From Eledone cirrhosa (taxonomy: Eukaryota), in assembly GCA_964016885.1 (NCBI GenBank), contig OZ024740.1, forward strand, positions 429,970,001-430,034,000: a stretch of 64,000 bases of DNA. Direction: 5' to 3'. The translations under genes were made by a program, and so were the position numbers. The notes beneath the pieces are model-generated. The model was not told the DNA's origin. It worked only from the letters and a program-made list of their open reading frames with translations, and ran no database searches. Positions 29,548 to 43,100 of this stretch are shown here, in pieces (positions within the stretch are counted from its first letter, which is position 1; each line of letters starts with the position of its first letter).

Positions 29548-30090
29548 TATGTAGTGATGTGTGTGTGTGAGTGTGTGTATGTCTGTGTATGTCTGTGTGT
29601 ATGTATGTGCGTGTGTATGTGTTTGTAGGTGTGTGAGTGTATCTGTGTGTATGTATGTGTATGCGTGTGTATGTGCGTGTGTGTGTGTGTGTGTGTATGT
29701 GTGTGTGAGTGTGTATGTGTGTGCATGTGTGTATGCATGTGTGTGTGTGTATGTGTAAGTGTATATGTGTGTGTATGTGTGTGTGTGTGTGTATGTGTGT
29801 GTGTCTATGTGTGTATGTGTGAGTGTGTGTGTGTATGAGTGTGTGAGTGTATCTGTGTGTATATGTGTGTATGTGTGTGTATGTGTGTGTATGTGTGTGT
29901 ATGTATGTGTGTGTATATGTGTATGAATGTGTGTATGTGTGTTTGAGTGTATGTGTGTGTATGTGTGTATGAATGTGTGTATTTGTGTGTATGTATGTGT
30001 GAGTGTATGTGTGTGTGTGTGTGTGTATGTGTGTGTGAGTGTATGTGTATGTGAGTGTATGTGTGTATGTGTGAGTGTGTGTGTATGTAC
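29548..30090. repeat. Degenerate (GT)n/(GTAT)n microsatellite
   Basis: Directly visible. Confidence 0.95.
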
Positions 30091-30224
30091 CTGTGTACTA
30101 TGTCTTCAAATATGACGTGATGGTTATCACTGGAACGTTTTGGGCCACAACTCTGCTTCAGACCTCACTCAATAAACAACAAAAAACATTTAAAATCACA
30201 CCTCAACTTTCTTTACTTTCTGTT

Positions 30225-30485
30225 CCCTGTGTTCCTCTCTCTCCCTCTCTTTCCCCTCACTCTCTCTCCCTCCCCCTCACTCTCTCTCTATCTCTCCCTC
30301 TCTCTCTCACTTTCCCTCTACTCTCTCTCTCTCCCTCTCTCCCTCTCCCTCACTCTCTCTCTCCCTCTCCCTCACTCTCTCTCTATCTCTCCCTCTCTCT
30401 CTCACTTTCCCTCTACCCTCTCTCCCTCCCTCTCTCCCTCTCTCCCTCTCCTTCACTCTCTTCATCTCTCTCCCTATCTCTTTCA

Positions 30486-30527
<42 letters not shown>

Positions 30528-30535
30528 CCTTCTTT
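30225..30535. repeat. Degenerate (CT)n polypyrimidine tract
   Basis: Directly visible. Confidence 0.95.
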
Positions 30536-30606
30536 TTAAGAAACTGGCCTTGTTCGGACATGGAGAACTCTGACTCCATCAGGTACGAGTTAAAAAGAAT
30601 TAAAAA

Positions 30607-30642
30607 GGTATCAATTATTGGTATCAATTATTGGTATCGATT
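30607..30642. repeat. 13-bp tandem duplication (GGTATCAATTATT x~2.7)
   Basis: GGTATCAATTATT GGTATCAATTATT GGTATCGATT. Confidence 0.8.
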
Positions 30643-30824
30643 AATATCAATATTTCTACATGGTTGCTGTAGAATTAGAATTCAATGTTATTTCATCTGA
30701 GAGGATCCGAATCGACAAAATGGCAGACTTCATTGGCTTACCGAGGAGGAGGAACTTCTCGGATCGAACCAAGGAAACAATGTTTCCATTGCTGATACTA
30801 TCTACCGGTCGCAACACCTGGCAG

Positions 30825-30945
30825 AAGGAACAACGTGAAATAAAGAGTCTTGCTCAAGGACACAACGTGTCACCCGGCCCAGGAATCGAACTCACGACCT
30901 CATGATTGTAAGTTCAATTCTCTAACTCCTCAGCTACGTAGCTTC
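30825..30945 (-). mobile_element. 5' part of a second tRNA-derived SINE family (CORE-like domain)
   Basis: On the minus strand: A-box-like TAGCTGAGGAGTTAGA, B box GAGTTCGATTCC, then GTTGTGTCCTTGAGCAAGAC. Confidence 0.7.
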
Positions 30946-31108
30946 TCATTAGAAAATGTAAGAAATCGTCAACATTTAAAGCTTTGTAGACTTTTGAAAC
31001 TGTGGAGCAGGGCTTCCCAACCTTTTGTATACAACCTCAACATCTAAAACATTATTATCTCCCCTTTGACATTAAAACAGCAATGATCAACTGTAAAGTA
31101 TAAACAAA

Positions 31109-34100
31109 TTGGTGGAGGTGGTAGCAGAAACATAATAACATATGGAGGAGGTGAGACAGGAGTTTCTGACAATAATGTCTACCACCAAAGTTACCTTGGT
31201 GTAGGTGGTGCCAGATGTACAATAACATGTGGAGGAGGTGAGACAGGAGTTTCTGACAGTAATGTCTACCACCAAAGTTACCTTGGTGTAGGTGGTGCCA
31301 GATGTACAATAACATGTGGAGGAGGTGAGACAGGAGTTTCTGACAGTAATGTCTACCACCAAAGTTACCTTGGTGTAGATGGTGCCAGATACACAATAAC
31401 ATATGGAGGAGGTGAGACAGGAGTTTCTGACAGTAATGTCTACCACCAAAGTTACCTTGGTGTAGGTGGTGCCAGATACACAATGACATGTGGAGGAGGT
31501 GAGACAGGAGTTTCTGACAGTAATGTCTACAACCAAAGTTACCTTGGTGTAGGTGGTGCCAGATACATAATAACACGTGGAGGAGGTGAGACAGGAGTTT
31601 CTGACAGTAATGTCTACCACCAAAGTTACCTTGATGTAGGTGGTGCCAGATGTACAAAAATATGTGGTGGAGGTGAGACAGGAGTTTCTGACTGTAATGT
31701 CTACCACCAAAGGTACCTTGGTGTAGGTGGTGCCAGATACATAATAACATGTGGAGGAGGTGAGACAGGAGTTTCTGAGAGTAATGTCTACCACCAAAGT
31801 TACCTTGGTGTAGGTGGTGCCAGATGTACAACAACATGTGGTGGAGGTGAGACAGGAGTTTCTGACTGTAATGTCTACCACCAAAGTTACCTTGGTGTAG
31901 GTGGTGCCAGATACACAATAACATGTAGAGGAGGTGAGACAGGAGTTTCTGACAGTAATGTCTACCACCAAAGTTACCTTGGTGTAGGTGGTGCCAGATA
32001 CACAATAACATGTGGAGGAGGTGAGACAGGAGGTTCTGACAGTAATGTCTACCACCAAAGTTACCTTGGTGTAGGTGGTGCCAGATGAACAACAACATGT
32101 AGAGGAGGTGAGACAGGAGTTTCTGACAGTAATGTCTACCACCAAAGTTACCTTGGTGTAGGTGGTGCCAGATACACAATAACATCTGGAGGAGGTGAGA
32201 CAGGAGTTTCTGACAGTAATGTCTACCACCAAAGTTACCTTGGTGTAGGTGGTGCCAGATACACAATAACATCTGGAGGAGGTGAGACAGGAGTTTCTGA
32301 CAGTAATATCTACCAACAAAGTTACCTTGGTGTAGGTGGTGCCAGATACACAATAACATCTGGAGGAGGTGAGACAGGAGTTTCTGACAGTAATGTCTAC
32401 CACCAAAGTTACCTTGGTGTAGGTGGTGCCAGATACATAATAACATGTGGAGGAGGTGAGACAGGAGTTTCTGACAGTAATGTCTACCACCAAACTTACC
32501 TTGGTGTAGGTGGTGCCAGATGTAGGAATAACATGTGGAGGAGGTGAGACGGGAGTTTCTGACAGTAATGTCTTCCAAAGTTACCTTGGTGTAGGTGGTG
32601 CCAGATACACAATAACATGTGGAGGAGGTGAGACAGGAGTTTCTGACAGTAATGTCTACCACCAAAGTTACCTTGGTGTAGGTGGTGCCAGATACATAAT
32701 AACATGTGGAGGAGGTGAGACAGGAGTTTCTGACAGTAATGTCTACCACCAAACTTACCTTGGTGTAGGTGGTGCCAGATGTACAATAACATATGGAGGA
32801 GGTGAGACAGGAGTTTCTGACAGTAATGTCTACCACCAAAGTTACCTTGGTGTAGGTGGTGCCAGATACATAATAACATATGGAGGAGGTGAGACAGGAG
32901 TTTCTGACAGTAATGTCTACCACCAAAGTTACCTTGGTGTAGGTGGTGCCAGATACATAATAACATCTGGAGGAGGTGAGACAGGAGTTTCTGACAGTAA
33001 TGTCTACCACCAAAGTTAATTGGTGTAGGTGGTGCCAGATGTACAACAACATGTGGAGGAGGTGATACAGGAGTTTCTGACAGTAATGTCTACCACCAAA
33101 GTTACCTTGGTGTAGGTGGTGCCAGATACATAATAACATGTGGAGGAGGTGAGACAGGAGTTTCTGACAGTAATGTCTACCACCAAAGTTACCTTGGTGT
33201 AGGTGGTGCCAGATACATAATAACATGTGGAGGAGGTGAGACAGGAGTTTCTGACAGTAATGTCTACCACCAAAGTTACCTTGGTGTAGGTGGTGCCAGA
33301 TGTACAACAACATGTGGAGGAGGTGAGACAGGAGTTTCTGACAGTAATGTCTACCACCAAAGTTACCTTGATGTAGGTGGTGCCAGATGCACAATAACAT
33401 GTGGAGGAGGTGAGACAGGAGTTTCTGACAGTAATGTCTACCACCAAAGTTACCTCGGTGTAGGTGGTGCCAGATACATAATAACATGTGGAGGAGGTGA
33501 GACAGGAGTTTCTGACAGTAATGTCTACCACCAAACTTACCTTGGTGTAGGTGGTGCCAGATGTAGAATAACATGTGGAGGAGGTGAGACAGGAGTTTCT
33601 GACAGTAATGTCTACCACCAAAGTTACCATGGTGTAGGTGGTGCCAGATACATAATAACATGTGGAGGAGGTGAGACAGGAGTTTCTGACAGTAATGTCT
33701 ACCACCAAAGTTACCTTGGTGTAGGTGGTGCCAGATACACAATAACATGTGGAGGAGGTGAGACAGGAGTTTCTGACTGTAATATCTACCACCAAAGTTA
33801 CTTTGGTGTAGGTGGTGCCAGATACATAATAACATGTGGAGGAGGTGAGAGAGGAGTTTCTGACAGTAATGTCTTCCAAAGTTACCTTGGTGTAGGTGGT
33901 GCCAGATACACAATAACATGTGGAGGAGGTGAGACAGGAGTTTCTGACAGTAATGTCTACCACCAAAGTTACCTTCGTGTAGGTGGTGCCAGATACACAA
34001 TAACATGTGGAGGAGGTGAGACAGGAGTTTCTGACAGTAATGTCTACCACCAAAGTAACCTTGGTGTAGGTGGTGCCAGATACACAATAACATGTGGAGG

Positions 34101-37100
34101 AGGTGGGGCAGGAGTTTCTGACAGTAATGTCTACCACCAAAGTTACCTTGGTGTAGGTGGTGCCAGATACATAATAACATGTGGAGGAGGTGAGACAGGA
34201 GTTTCTGACAGTAATGTCTACCACCAAACTTACCTTGGTGTAGGTGGTGCCAGATGTAGGAATAACATGTGGAGGAGGTGAGACGGGAGTTTCTGACAGT
34301 AATGTCTTCCAAAGTTACCTTGGTGTAGGTGGTGCCAGATACACAATAACATGTGGAGGAGGTGAGACAGGAGTTTCTGACAGTAATGTCTACCACCAAA
34401 GTTACCTTGGTGTAGGTGGTGCCAGATACATAATAACATGTGGAGGAGGTGAGACAGGAGTTTCTGACAGTAATGTCTACCACCAAACTTACCTTGGTGT
34501 AGGTGGTGCCAGATGTACAATAACATATGGAGGAGGTGAGACAGGAGTTTCTGACAGTAATGTCTACCACCAAAGTTACCTTGGTGTAGGTGGTGCCAGA
34601 TACATAATAACATATGGAGGAGGTGAGACAGGAGTTTCTGACAGTAATGTCTACCACCAAAGTTACCTTGGTGTAGGTGGTGCCAGATACATAATAACAT
34701 CTGGAGGAGGTGAGACAGGAGTTTCTGACAGTAATGTCTACCACCAAAGTTAATTGGTGTAGGTGGTGCCAGATGTACAACAACATGTGGAGGAGGTGAT
34801 ACAGGAGTTTCTGACAGTAATGTCTACCACCAAAGTTACCTTGGTGTAGGTGGTGCCAGATACATAATAACATGTGGAGGAGGTGAGACAGGAGTTTCTG
34901 ACAGTAATGTCTACCACCAAAGTTACCTTGGTGTAGGTGGTGCCAGATACATAATAACATGTGGAGGAGGTGAGACAGGAGTTTCTGACAGTAATGTCTA
35001 CCACCAAAGTTACCTTGGTGTAGGTGGTGCCAGATGTACAACAACATGTGGAGGAGGTGAGACAGGAGTTTCTGACAGTAATGTCTACCACCAAAGTTAC
35101 CTTGATGTAGGTGGTGCCAGATGCACAATAACATGTGGAGGAGGTGAGACAGGAGTTTCTGACAGTAATGTCTACCACCAAAGTTACCTTGGTGTAGGTG
35201 GTGCCAGATACATAATAACATGTGGAGGAGGTGAGACAGGAGTTTCTGACAGTAATGTCTACCACCAAACTTACCTTGGTGTAGGTGGTGCCAGATGTAG
35301 AATAACATGTGGAGGAGGTGAGACAGGAGTTTCTGACAGTAATGTCTACCACCAAAGTTACCATGGTGTAGGTGGTGCCAGATACATAATAACATGTGGA
35401 GGAGGTGAGACAGGAGTTTCTGACAGTAATGTCTACCACCAAAGTTACCTTGGTGTAGGTGGTGCCAGATACACAATAACATGTGGAGGAGGTGAGACAG
35501 GAGTTTCTGACTGTAATATCTACCACCAAAGTTACTTTGGTGTAGGTGGTGCCAGATACATAATAACATGTGGAGGAGGTGAGAGAGGAGTTTCTGACAG
35601 TAATGTCTTCCAAAGTTACCTTGGTGTAGGTGGTGCCAGATACACAATAACATGTGGAGGAGGTGAGACAGGAGTTTCTGACAGTAATGTCTACCACCAA
35701 AGTTACCTTCGTGTAGGTGGTGCCAGATACACAATAACATGTGGAGGAGGTGAGACAGGAGTTTCTGACAGTAATGTCTACCACCAAAGTAACCTTGGTG
35801 TAGGTGGTGCCAGATACACAATAACATGTGGAGGAGGTGGGGCAGGAGTTTCTGACAGTAATGTCTACCACCAAAGTTACCTTGGTGTAGGTGGTGCCAG
35901 ATACATAATAACATATGGAGGAGGTGAGACAGGAGTTTCTGACAGTAATGTCTACCACCAAAGTTACCTTGGTGTAGGTGGTGCCAGATACACAATAACA
36001 TATGGAGGAGGTGAGACAGGAGTTTCTGACAGTAATGTCTACCACCAAAGTTAAGCTTCGTGTAGGTGGGGCCAGATACATAATAACATATGGAGGAGGT
36101 GAGACAGGAGTTTCTGACAGTAATGTCTACCACCAAAGTTACCTTGGTGTAGGTGGTGCCAGATACATAATAACATCTGGAGGAGGTGAGACAGGAGTTT
36201 CTGACAGTAATGTCTACCACCAAAGTTAATTGGTGTAGGTGGTGCCAGATGTACAACAACATGTGGAGGAGGTGATACAGGAGTTTCTGACAGTAATGTC
36301 TACCACCAAAGTTACCTTGGTGTAGGTGGTGCCAGATACATAATAACATGTGGAGGAGGTGAGACAGGAGTTTCTGACAGTAATGTCTACCACCAAAGTT
36401 ACCTTAGTGTAGGTGGTGCCAGATACACAATAACATGTGGAGGAGGTGAGACAGGAGTTTCTGACAGTAATGTCTACCACCAAAGTTACCTTGATGTAGG
36501 TGGTGCCAGATGCACAATAACATGTGGAGGAGGTGAGACAGGAGTTTCTGACAGTAATGTCTACCACCAAAGTTACCTTGGTGTAGGTGGTGCCAGATAC
36601 ACAATAACATGTGGAGGAGGTGAGACAGGAGTTTCTGACAGTAATGTCTACAACCAAAGTTACCTTGGTGTAGGTGGTGCCAGATACATAATAACACGTG
36701 GAGGAGGTGAGACAGGAGTTTCTGACAGTAATGTCTACCACCAAAGTTACCTTGGTGTAGGTGGTGCCAGATGTACAATAACATGTGGAGGAGGTGAGAC
36801 AGGAGTTTCTGACAGTAATGTCTACCACCAAAGTTACCTTGATGTAGGTGGTACCAGATGTACAATAACATGTGGTGGAGGTGAGACAGGAGTTTCTGAC
36901 TGTAATGTCTACCACCAAAGTTACCTTGGTGTAGGTGGTGCCAGATACATAATAACATGTGGAGGAGGTGAGACAGGAGTTTCTGAGAGTAATGTCTACC
37001 ACCAAAGTTACCTTGGTGTAGGTGGTGCCAGATGTACAACAACATGTGGTGGAGGTGAGACAGGAGTTTCTGACTGTAATGTCTACCACCAAAGTTACCT

Positions 37101-40100
37101 TGGTGTAGGTGGTGCCAGATACACAATAACATGTGGAGGAGGTGAGACAGGAGTTTCTGACAGTAATGTCTACCACCAAAGTTACCTTGGTGTAGGTGGT
37201 GCCAGATACACAATAACATGTGGAGGAGGTGAGACAGGAGTTTCTGACAGTAATGTCTACCACCAAAGTTACCTTGGTGTAGGTGGTGCCAGATGTACAA
37301 CAAAATGTGGAGGAGGTGAGACAGGAGTTTCTGACAGTAATGTCTACCACCAAAGTTACCTTGGTGTAGGTGGTGCCAGATACACAATAACATGTGGAGG
37401 AGGTGAGACAGGAGTTTCTGACAGTAATATCTACCACCAAAGTTACCTTGGTGTAGGTGGTGCCAGATGTACAACAACATGTGGAGGAGGTGAGACAGGA
37501 GTTTCTGACAGTAATGTCTACCACCAAAGTTACCTTGGTGTAGGTGGTGCCAGATACACAATAACATGTCGAGGAGGTGAGACAGGAGTTTCTGACAGTA
37601 ATGTCTACCACCAAAGTTACCTTGGTGTAGGTGGTGCCAGATACACAATAACATGTGGAGGAGGTGAGACAGGAGTTTCTGACAGTAATGTCTACCACCA
37701 AAGTTACCTTGGTGTAGGTGGTGCCAGATGTACAATAACATATGGAGGAGGTGAGACAGGAGTTTCTGACAGTAATGTCTACCACCAAAGTTACCTTGGT
37801 GTAGGTGGTGCCAGATACACAATAACATATGGAGGAGGTGAGACAGGAGTCTCTGACAGTAATGTCTACCACCAAAGTTACCTTGGTGTAGGTGGTGCCA
37901 GATGTACAACAACATGTGGAGGAGGTGAGACAGGAGTTTCTGACAGTAATGTCTACCACCAAAGTTACCTTGGTGTAGGTGGTGCCAGATACATAATAAC
38001 ATGTGGAGCAGGTGAGACAGGAGTTTCTGACAGTAATGTCTACCACCAAAGTTACCTTGTTGTAGGTGGTGCCAGATACATAATAACATGTGGAGGAGGT
38101 GAGACAGGAGTTTCTGACAGTAATGTCTACCACCAAAGTTACCTTGGTGTAGGTGGTGCCAGATACACAATAACATGTGGAGGAGGTGAGACAGGAGTTT
38201 CTGACAGTAATATCTACCACCAAAGTTACCTTGGTGTAGGTGGTGCCAGATGTACAACAACATGTGGAGGAGGTGAGACAGGAGTTTCTGACAGTAATGT
38301 CTACCACCAAAGTTACCTTGGTGTAGGTGGTGCCAGATACACAATAACATGTGGAGAAGGTGAGACAGGAGTTTCTGACTGTAATGTCTACCACCAAAGT
38401 TACCTTGGTGTAGGTGGTGCCAGATACACAATAACATGTGGAGGAGGTGAGACAGGAGTTTCTGACAGTAATGTCTACCACCAAAGTTACCTTGGTGTAG
38501 GTGGTGCCAGATGTACAATAACATGTGGAGAAGGTGAGACAGGAGTTTCTGACAGTAATGTCTACCACCAAAGTTACCTTGGTGTAGGTGGTGCCAGATG
38601 TACAATAACATATGGAGGAGGTGAGACAGGAGTTTCTGACAGTAATGTCTACCTCCAAAGTTACCTTGATGTAGGTGGTGCCAGATGTACAATAACATAT
38701 GGAGGAGGTGAGACGGGAGTCTCTGACAGTAATGTCTACCACCAAAGTTACCTTGGTGTAGGTGGTGCCAGAAACATAATAACATGTGGAGGAGGTGAGA
38801 CAGGAGTTTCTGACAGTAATGTCTACCACCAAAGTTACTTTGGTGTAGGTGGTGCCAGATGTACAATAACATATGGAGGAGGTGTGACAGGAGTTTCTGA
38901 CAGTAATGTCTACCTCCAAAGTTACCTTGATGTAGGTGGTGCCAGGTGTACAATAACATATGGAGGAGGTGAGACAGGAGTCTCTGACAGTAATGTCTAC
39001 CACCAAAGTTACCTTGGTGTAGGTGGTGCCAGATACATAATAACATGTGGAGGAGGTGAGACAGGAGTTTCTGACAGTAATGTCTACCACCAAAGTTACC
39101 TTGGTGTAGATGGTGCCAGATACATAATAACATGTGGAGGAGGTGAGACAGGAGTTTCTGACAGTAATGTCTACCACCAAAGTTACCTTGGTGTAGGTGG
39201 TGCCAGATACATAATAACATGTGGAGGAGGTGAGACAGTAGTTTCTGACTGTAATGTCTACCACCAAAGTTACCTTGGTGTAGGTGGTGCCAGATGTACA
39301 ATAACATATGGAGGAGGTGAGACAGGAGTTTCTGACAGTAATGTCTACCTCCAAAGTTACCTTGATGTAGGTGGTGCCAGATGTACAATAACATATGGAG
39401 GAGGTGAGACAGGAGTCTCTGACAGTAATGTCTACCACCAAAGTTACCTTGGTGTAGGTGGTGCCAGATACATAATAACATGTGGAGGAGGTGAGACAGG
39501 AGTTTCTGACAGTAATGTCTACCACCAAAGTTACCTTGGTGTAGATGGTGCCAGATACATAATAACATGTGGAGGAGGTGAGACAGGAGTGTCTGCAAGT
39601 AATGTCTACCACCAAAGTTACCTTGGTGTAGGTGGTGCCAGATACATAATAACATGTGGAGGAGGTGAGACAGTAGTTTCTGACTGTAATGTCTACCACC
39701 AAAGTTACCTTGGTGTAGGTGGTGCCAGATACATAATAACATGTGGAGGAGGTGAGACAGGAGTTTCTGACAGTAATGTCTTCCAAAGTTACCTTGGTGT
39801 AGGTGGTGCCAGATACACAATAACATGTGGAGGAGGTGAGACAGGAGTTTCTGACAGTAATGTCTACCACCAAAGTTACCTTGGTGTAGGTGGTGGCAGA
39901 TGTACAATAACATGTGGAGGAGGTGAGACAGGAGTTTCTGACAGTAATGTCTACCACCAAAGTTACTTTGGTGTAGGTGGTGCCAGATGTACAATAACAT
40001 ATGGAGGAGGTGAGACAGGAGTTTCTGACAGTAATGTCTACCTCCAAAGTTACCTTGATGTAGGTGGTGCCAGATGTACAATAACATATGGAGGAGGTGA

Positions 40101-43100
40101 GACAGGAGTCTCTGACAGTAATGTCTACCACCAAAGTTACCTTGGTGTAGGTGGTGCCAGATACATAATAACATGTGGAGGAGGTGAGACAGGAGTTTCT
40201 GACAGTAATGTCTACCACCAAAGTTACCTTGGTGTAGATGGTGCCAGATACATAATAACATGTGGAGGAGGTGAGACAGGAGTGTCTGACAGTAATGTCT
40301 ACCACCAAAGTTACCTTGGTGTAGGTGGTGCCAGATACATAATAACATGTGGAGGAGGTGAGACAGTAGTTTCTGACTGTAATGTCTACCACCAAAGTTA
40401 CCTTGGTGTAGGTGGTGCCAGATGTACAATAACATATGGAGGAGGTGAGACAGGAGTTTCTGACAGTAATGTCTACCTCCAAAGTTACCTTGATGTAGGT
40501 GGTGCCAGATGTACAATAACATATGGAGGAGGTGAGACAGGAGTCTCTGACAGTAATGTCTACCACCAAAGTTACCTTGGTGTAGGTGGTGCCAGATGTA
40601 CAATAACATATGGAGGAGGTGAGACAGGAGTTTCTGACAGTAATGTCTACCTCCAAAGTTACCTTGATGTAGGTGGTGCCAGATGTACAATAACATATGG
40701 AGGAGGTGAGACAGGAGTCTCTGACAGTAATGTCTACCACCAAAGTTACCTTGGTGTAGGTGGTGCCAGATACATAATAACATGTGGAGGAGGTGAGACA
40801 GGAGTTTCTGACAGTAATGTCTACCACCAAAGTTACCTTGGTGTAGATGGTGCCAGATACATAATAACATGTGGAGGAGGTGAGACAGGAGTGTCTGACA
40901 GTAATGTCTACCACCAAAGTTACCTTGGTGTAGGTGGTGCCAGATACATAATAACATGTGGAGGAGGTGAGACAGTAGTTTCTGACTGTAATGTCTACCA
41001 CCGAAGTTACCTTGGTGTAGGTGGTGCCAGATACATAATAACATGTGGAGGAGGTGAGACAGTAGTTTCTGACTGTAATGTCTACCACCAAAGTTACCTT
41101 GGTGTAGGTGGTGCCAGATGTACAATAACATATGGAGGAGGTGAGACAGGAGTTTCTGACAGTAATGTCTACCTCCAAAGTTACCTTGATGTAGGTGGTG
41201 CCAGATGTACAATAACATATGGAGGAGGTGAGACAGGAGTCTCTGACAGTAATGTCTACCACCAAAGTTACCTTGGTGTAGGTGGTGCCAGATGTACAAT
41301 AACATATGGAGGAGGTGAGACAGGAGTTTCTGACAGTAATGTCTACCTCCAAAGTTACCTTGATGTAGGTGGTGCCAGATGTACAACAACATATGGAGGA
41401 GGTGAGACAGGAGTCTCTGACAGTAATGTCTACCACCAAAGTTACCTTGGTGTAGGTGGTGCCAGATACATAATAACATGTGGAGGAGGTGAGACAGGAG
41501 TTTCTGACAGTAATGTCTACCACCAAAGTTACCTTGGTGTAGATGGTGCCAGATACATAATAACATGTGGAGGAGGTGAGACAGGAGTGTCTGACAGTAA
41601 TGTCTACCACCAAAGTTACCTTGGTGTAGGTGGTGCCAGATACATAATAACATGTGGAGGAGGTGAGACAGTAGTTTCTGACTGTAATGTCTACCACCAA
41701 AGTTACCTTGGTGTAGGTGGTGCCAGATACATAATAACATGTGGAGGAGGTGAGACAGGAGTTTCTGACTGTAATGTCTACCACCAAAGTTACCTTGGTG
41801 TAGGTGGTGCCAGATACATAATAACATGTGGAGGAGGTGAGACAGGAGTTTCTGACAGTAATGTCTTCCAAAGTTACCTTGGTGTAGGTGGTGCCAGATA
41901 CACAATAACATGTGGAGGAGGTGAGACAGGAGTTTCTGACAGTAATGTCTACCACCAAAGTTACCTTGGTGTAGGTGGTGCCAGATGTACAATAACATGT
42001 GGAGGAGGTGAGACAGGAGTTTCTGACAGTAATGTCTACCACCAAAGTTACCTTGGTGTAGGTGGTGCCAGATACACAATAACATATGGAGGAGGTGAGA
42101 CAGGAGTTTCTGACAGTAATGTCTACCACCAAAATTACCTTGGTGTAGATGGTGCCAGATACATAATAACATATGGAGGAGGTGAGACAGGAGTTTCTGA
42201 CAGTAATGTCTACCACCAAATTTACCTTGGTGTAGGTGGTGCCAGATACATAATAACATGTGGAGGAGGTGAGACAGGAGTTTCTGACAGTAATGTCTAC
42301 CACCAAACTTACCTTGGTGTAGGTGGTGCCAGATGTAGAATAACATGTGGAGAAGGTGAGACAGGAGTTTCTGACAGTAATGTCTACCACCAAAGATACC
42401 TTGGTGTAGGTGGTGCCAGATACATAATAACATATGGAGGAGGTGAGACAGGAGTTTCTGACAGTAATGTCTACCACCAAAGTTACCTTGGTGTAGGTGG
42501 TGCCAGATACATAATAACATATGGAGGAGGTGAGACAGGAGTTTCTGACAGTAATGTCTACCACCAAAGTTACCTTGGTGTAGGTGGTGCCAGATGTACA
42601 ACAACATGTGGAGGAGGTGAGACAGGAGTTTCTGACAGTAATGTCTACCACCAAAGTTACCTTGGTGTAGGTGGTCCCAGATACATAATAACATGTGGAG
42701 GAGGTGAGACAGGAGTTTCTGACAGTAATGTCTACCACCAAAGTTACCTTGGTGTAGGTGGTGCAAGATGTACAACAACATGTGGAGGAGGTGAGACAGG
42801 AGTTTCTGACAGTAATGTCTACCACCAAAGTTACCTTGGTGTAGGTGGTGCCAGATACACAATAACATGTGGAGGAGGTGAGACAGGAGTTTCTGACAGT
42901 AATGTCTACCACCAAAGTTACCATGGTGTAGGTGGTGCCAGATACACAATAAAATGTGGAGAAGGTGAGACAGGAGTTTCTGACAGTAATATCTAAAACC
43001 AAAGTTATCTTGGTGTAGGTGGTGCCAGATACATAATAACACGTGGAGGAGGTGAGACAGGAGTTTCTGACAGTAATGTCTACCACCAAAGTTACCTTGG

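Noticed and set aside
28927-30627. HT-, CV-, LS- and ER-repeat ORFs
   Set aside because: Translations of dinucleotide microsatellites.
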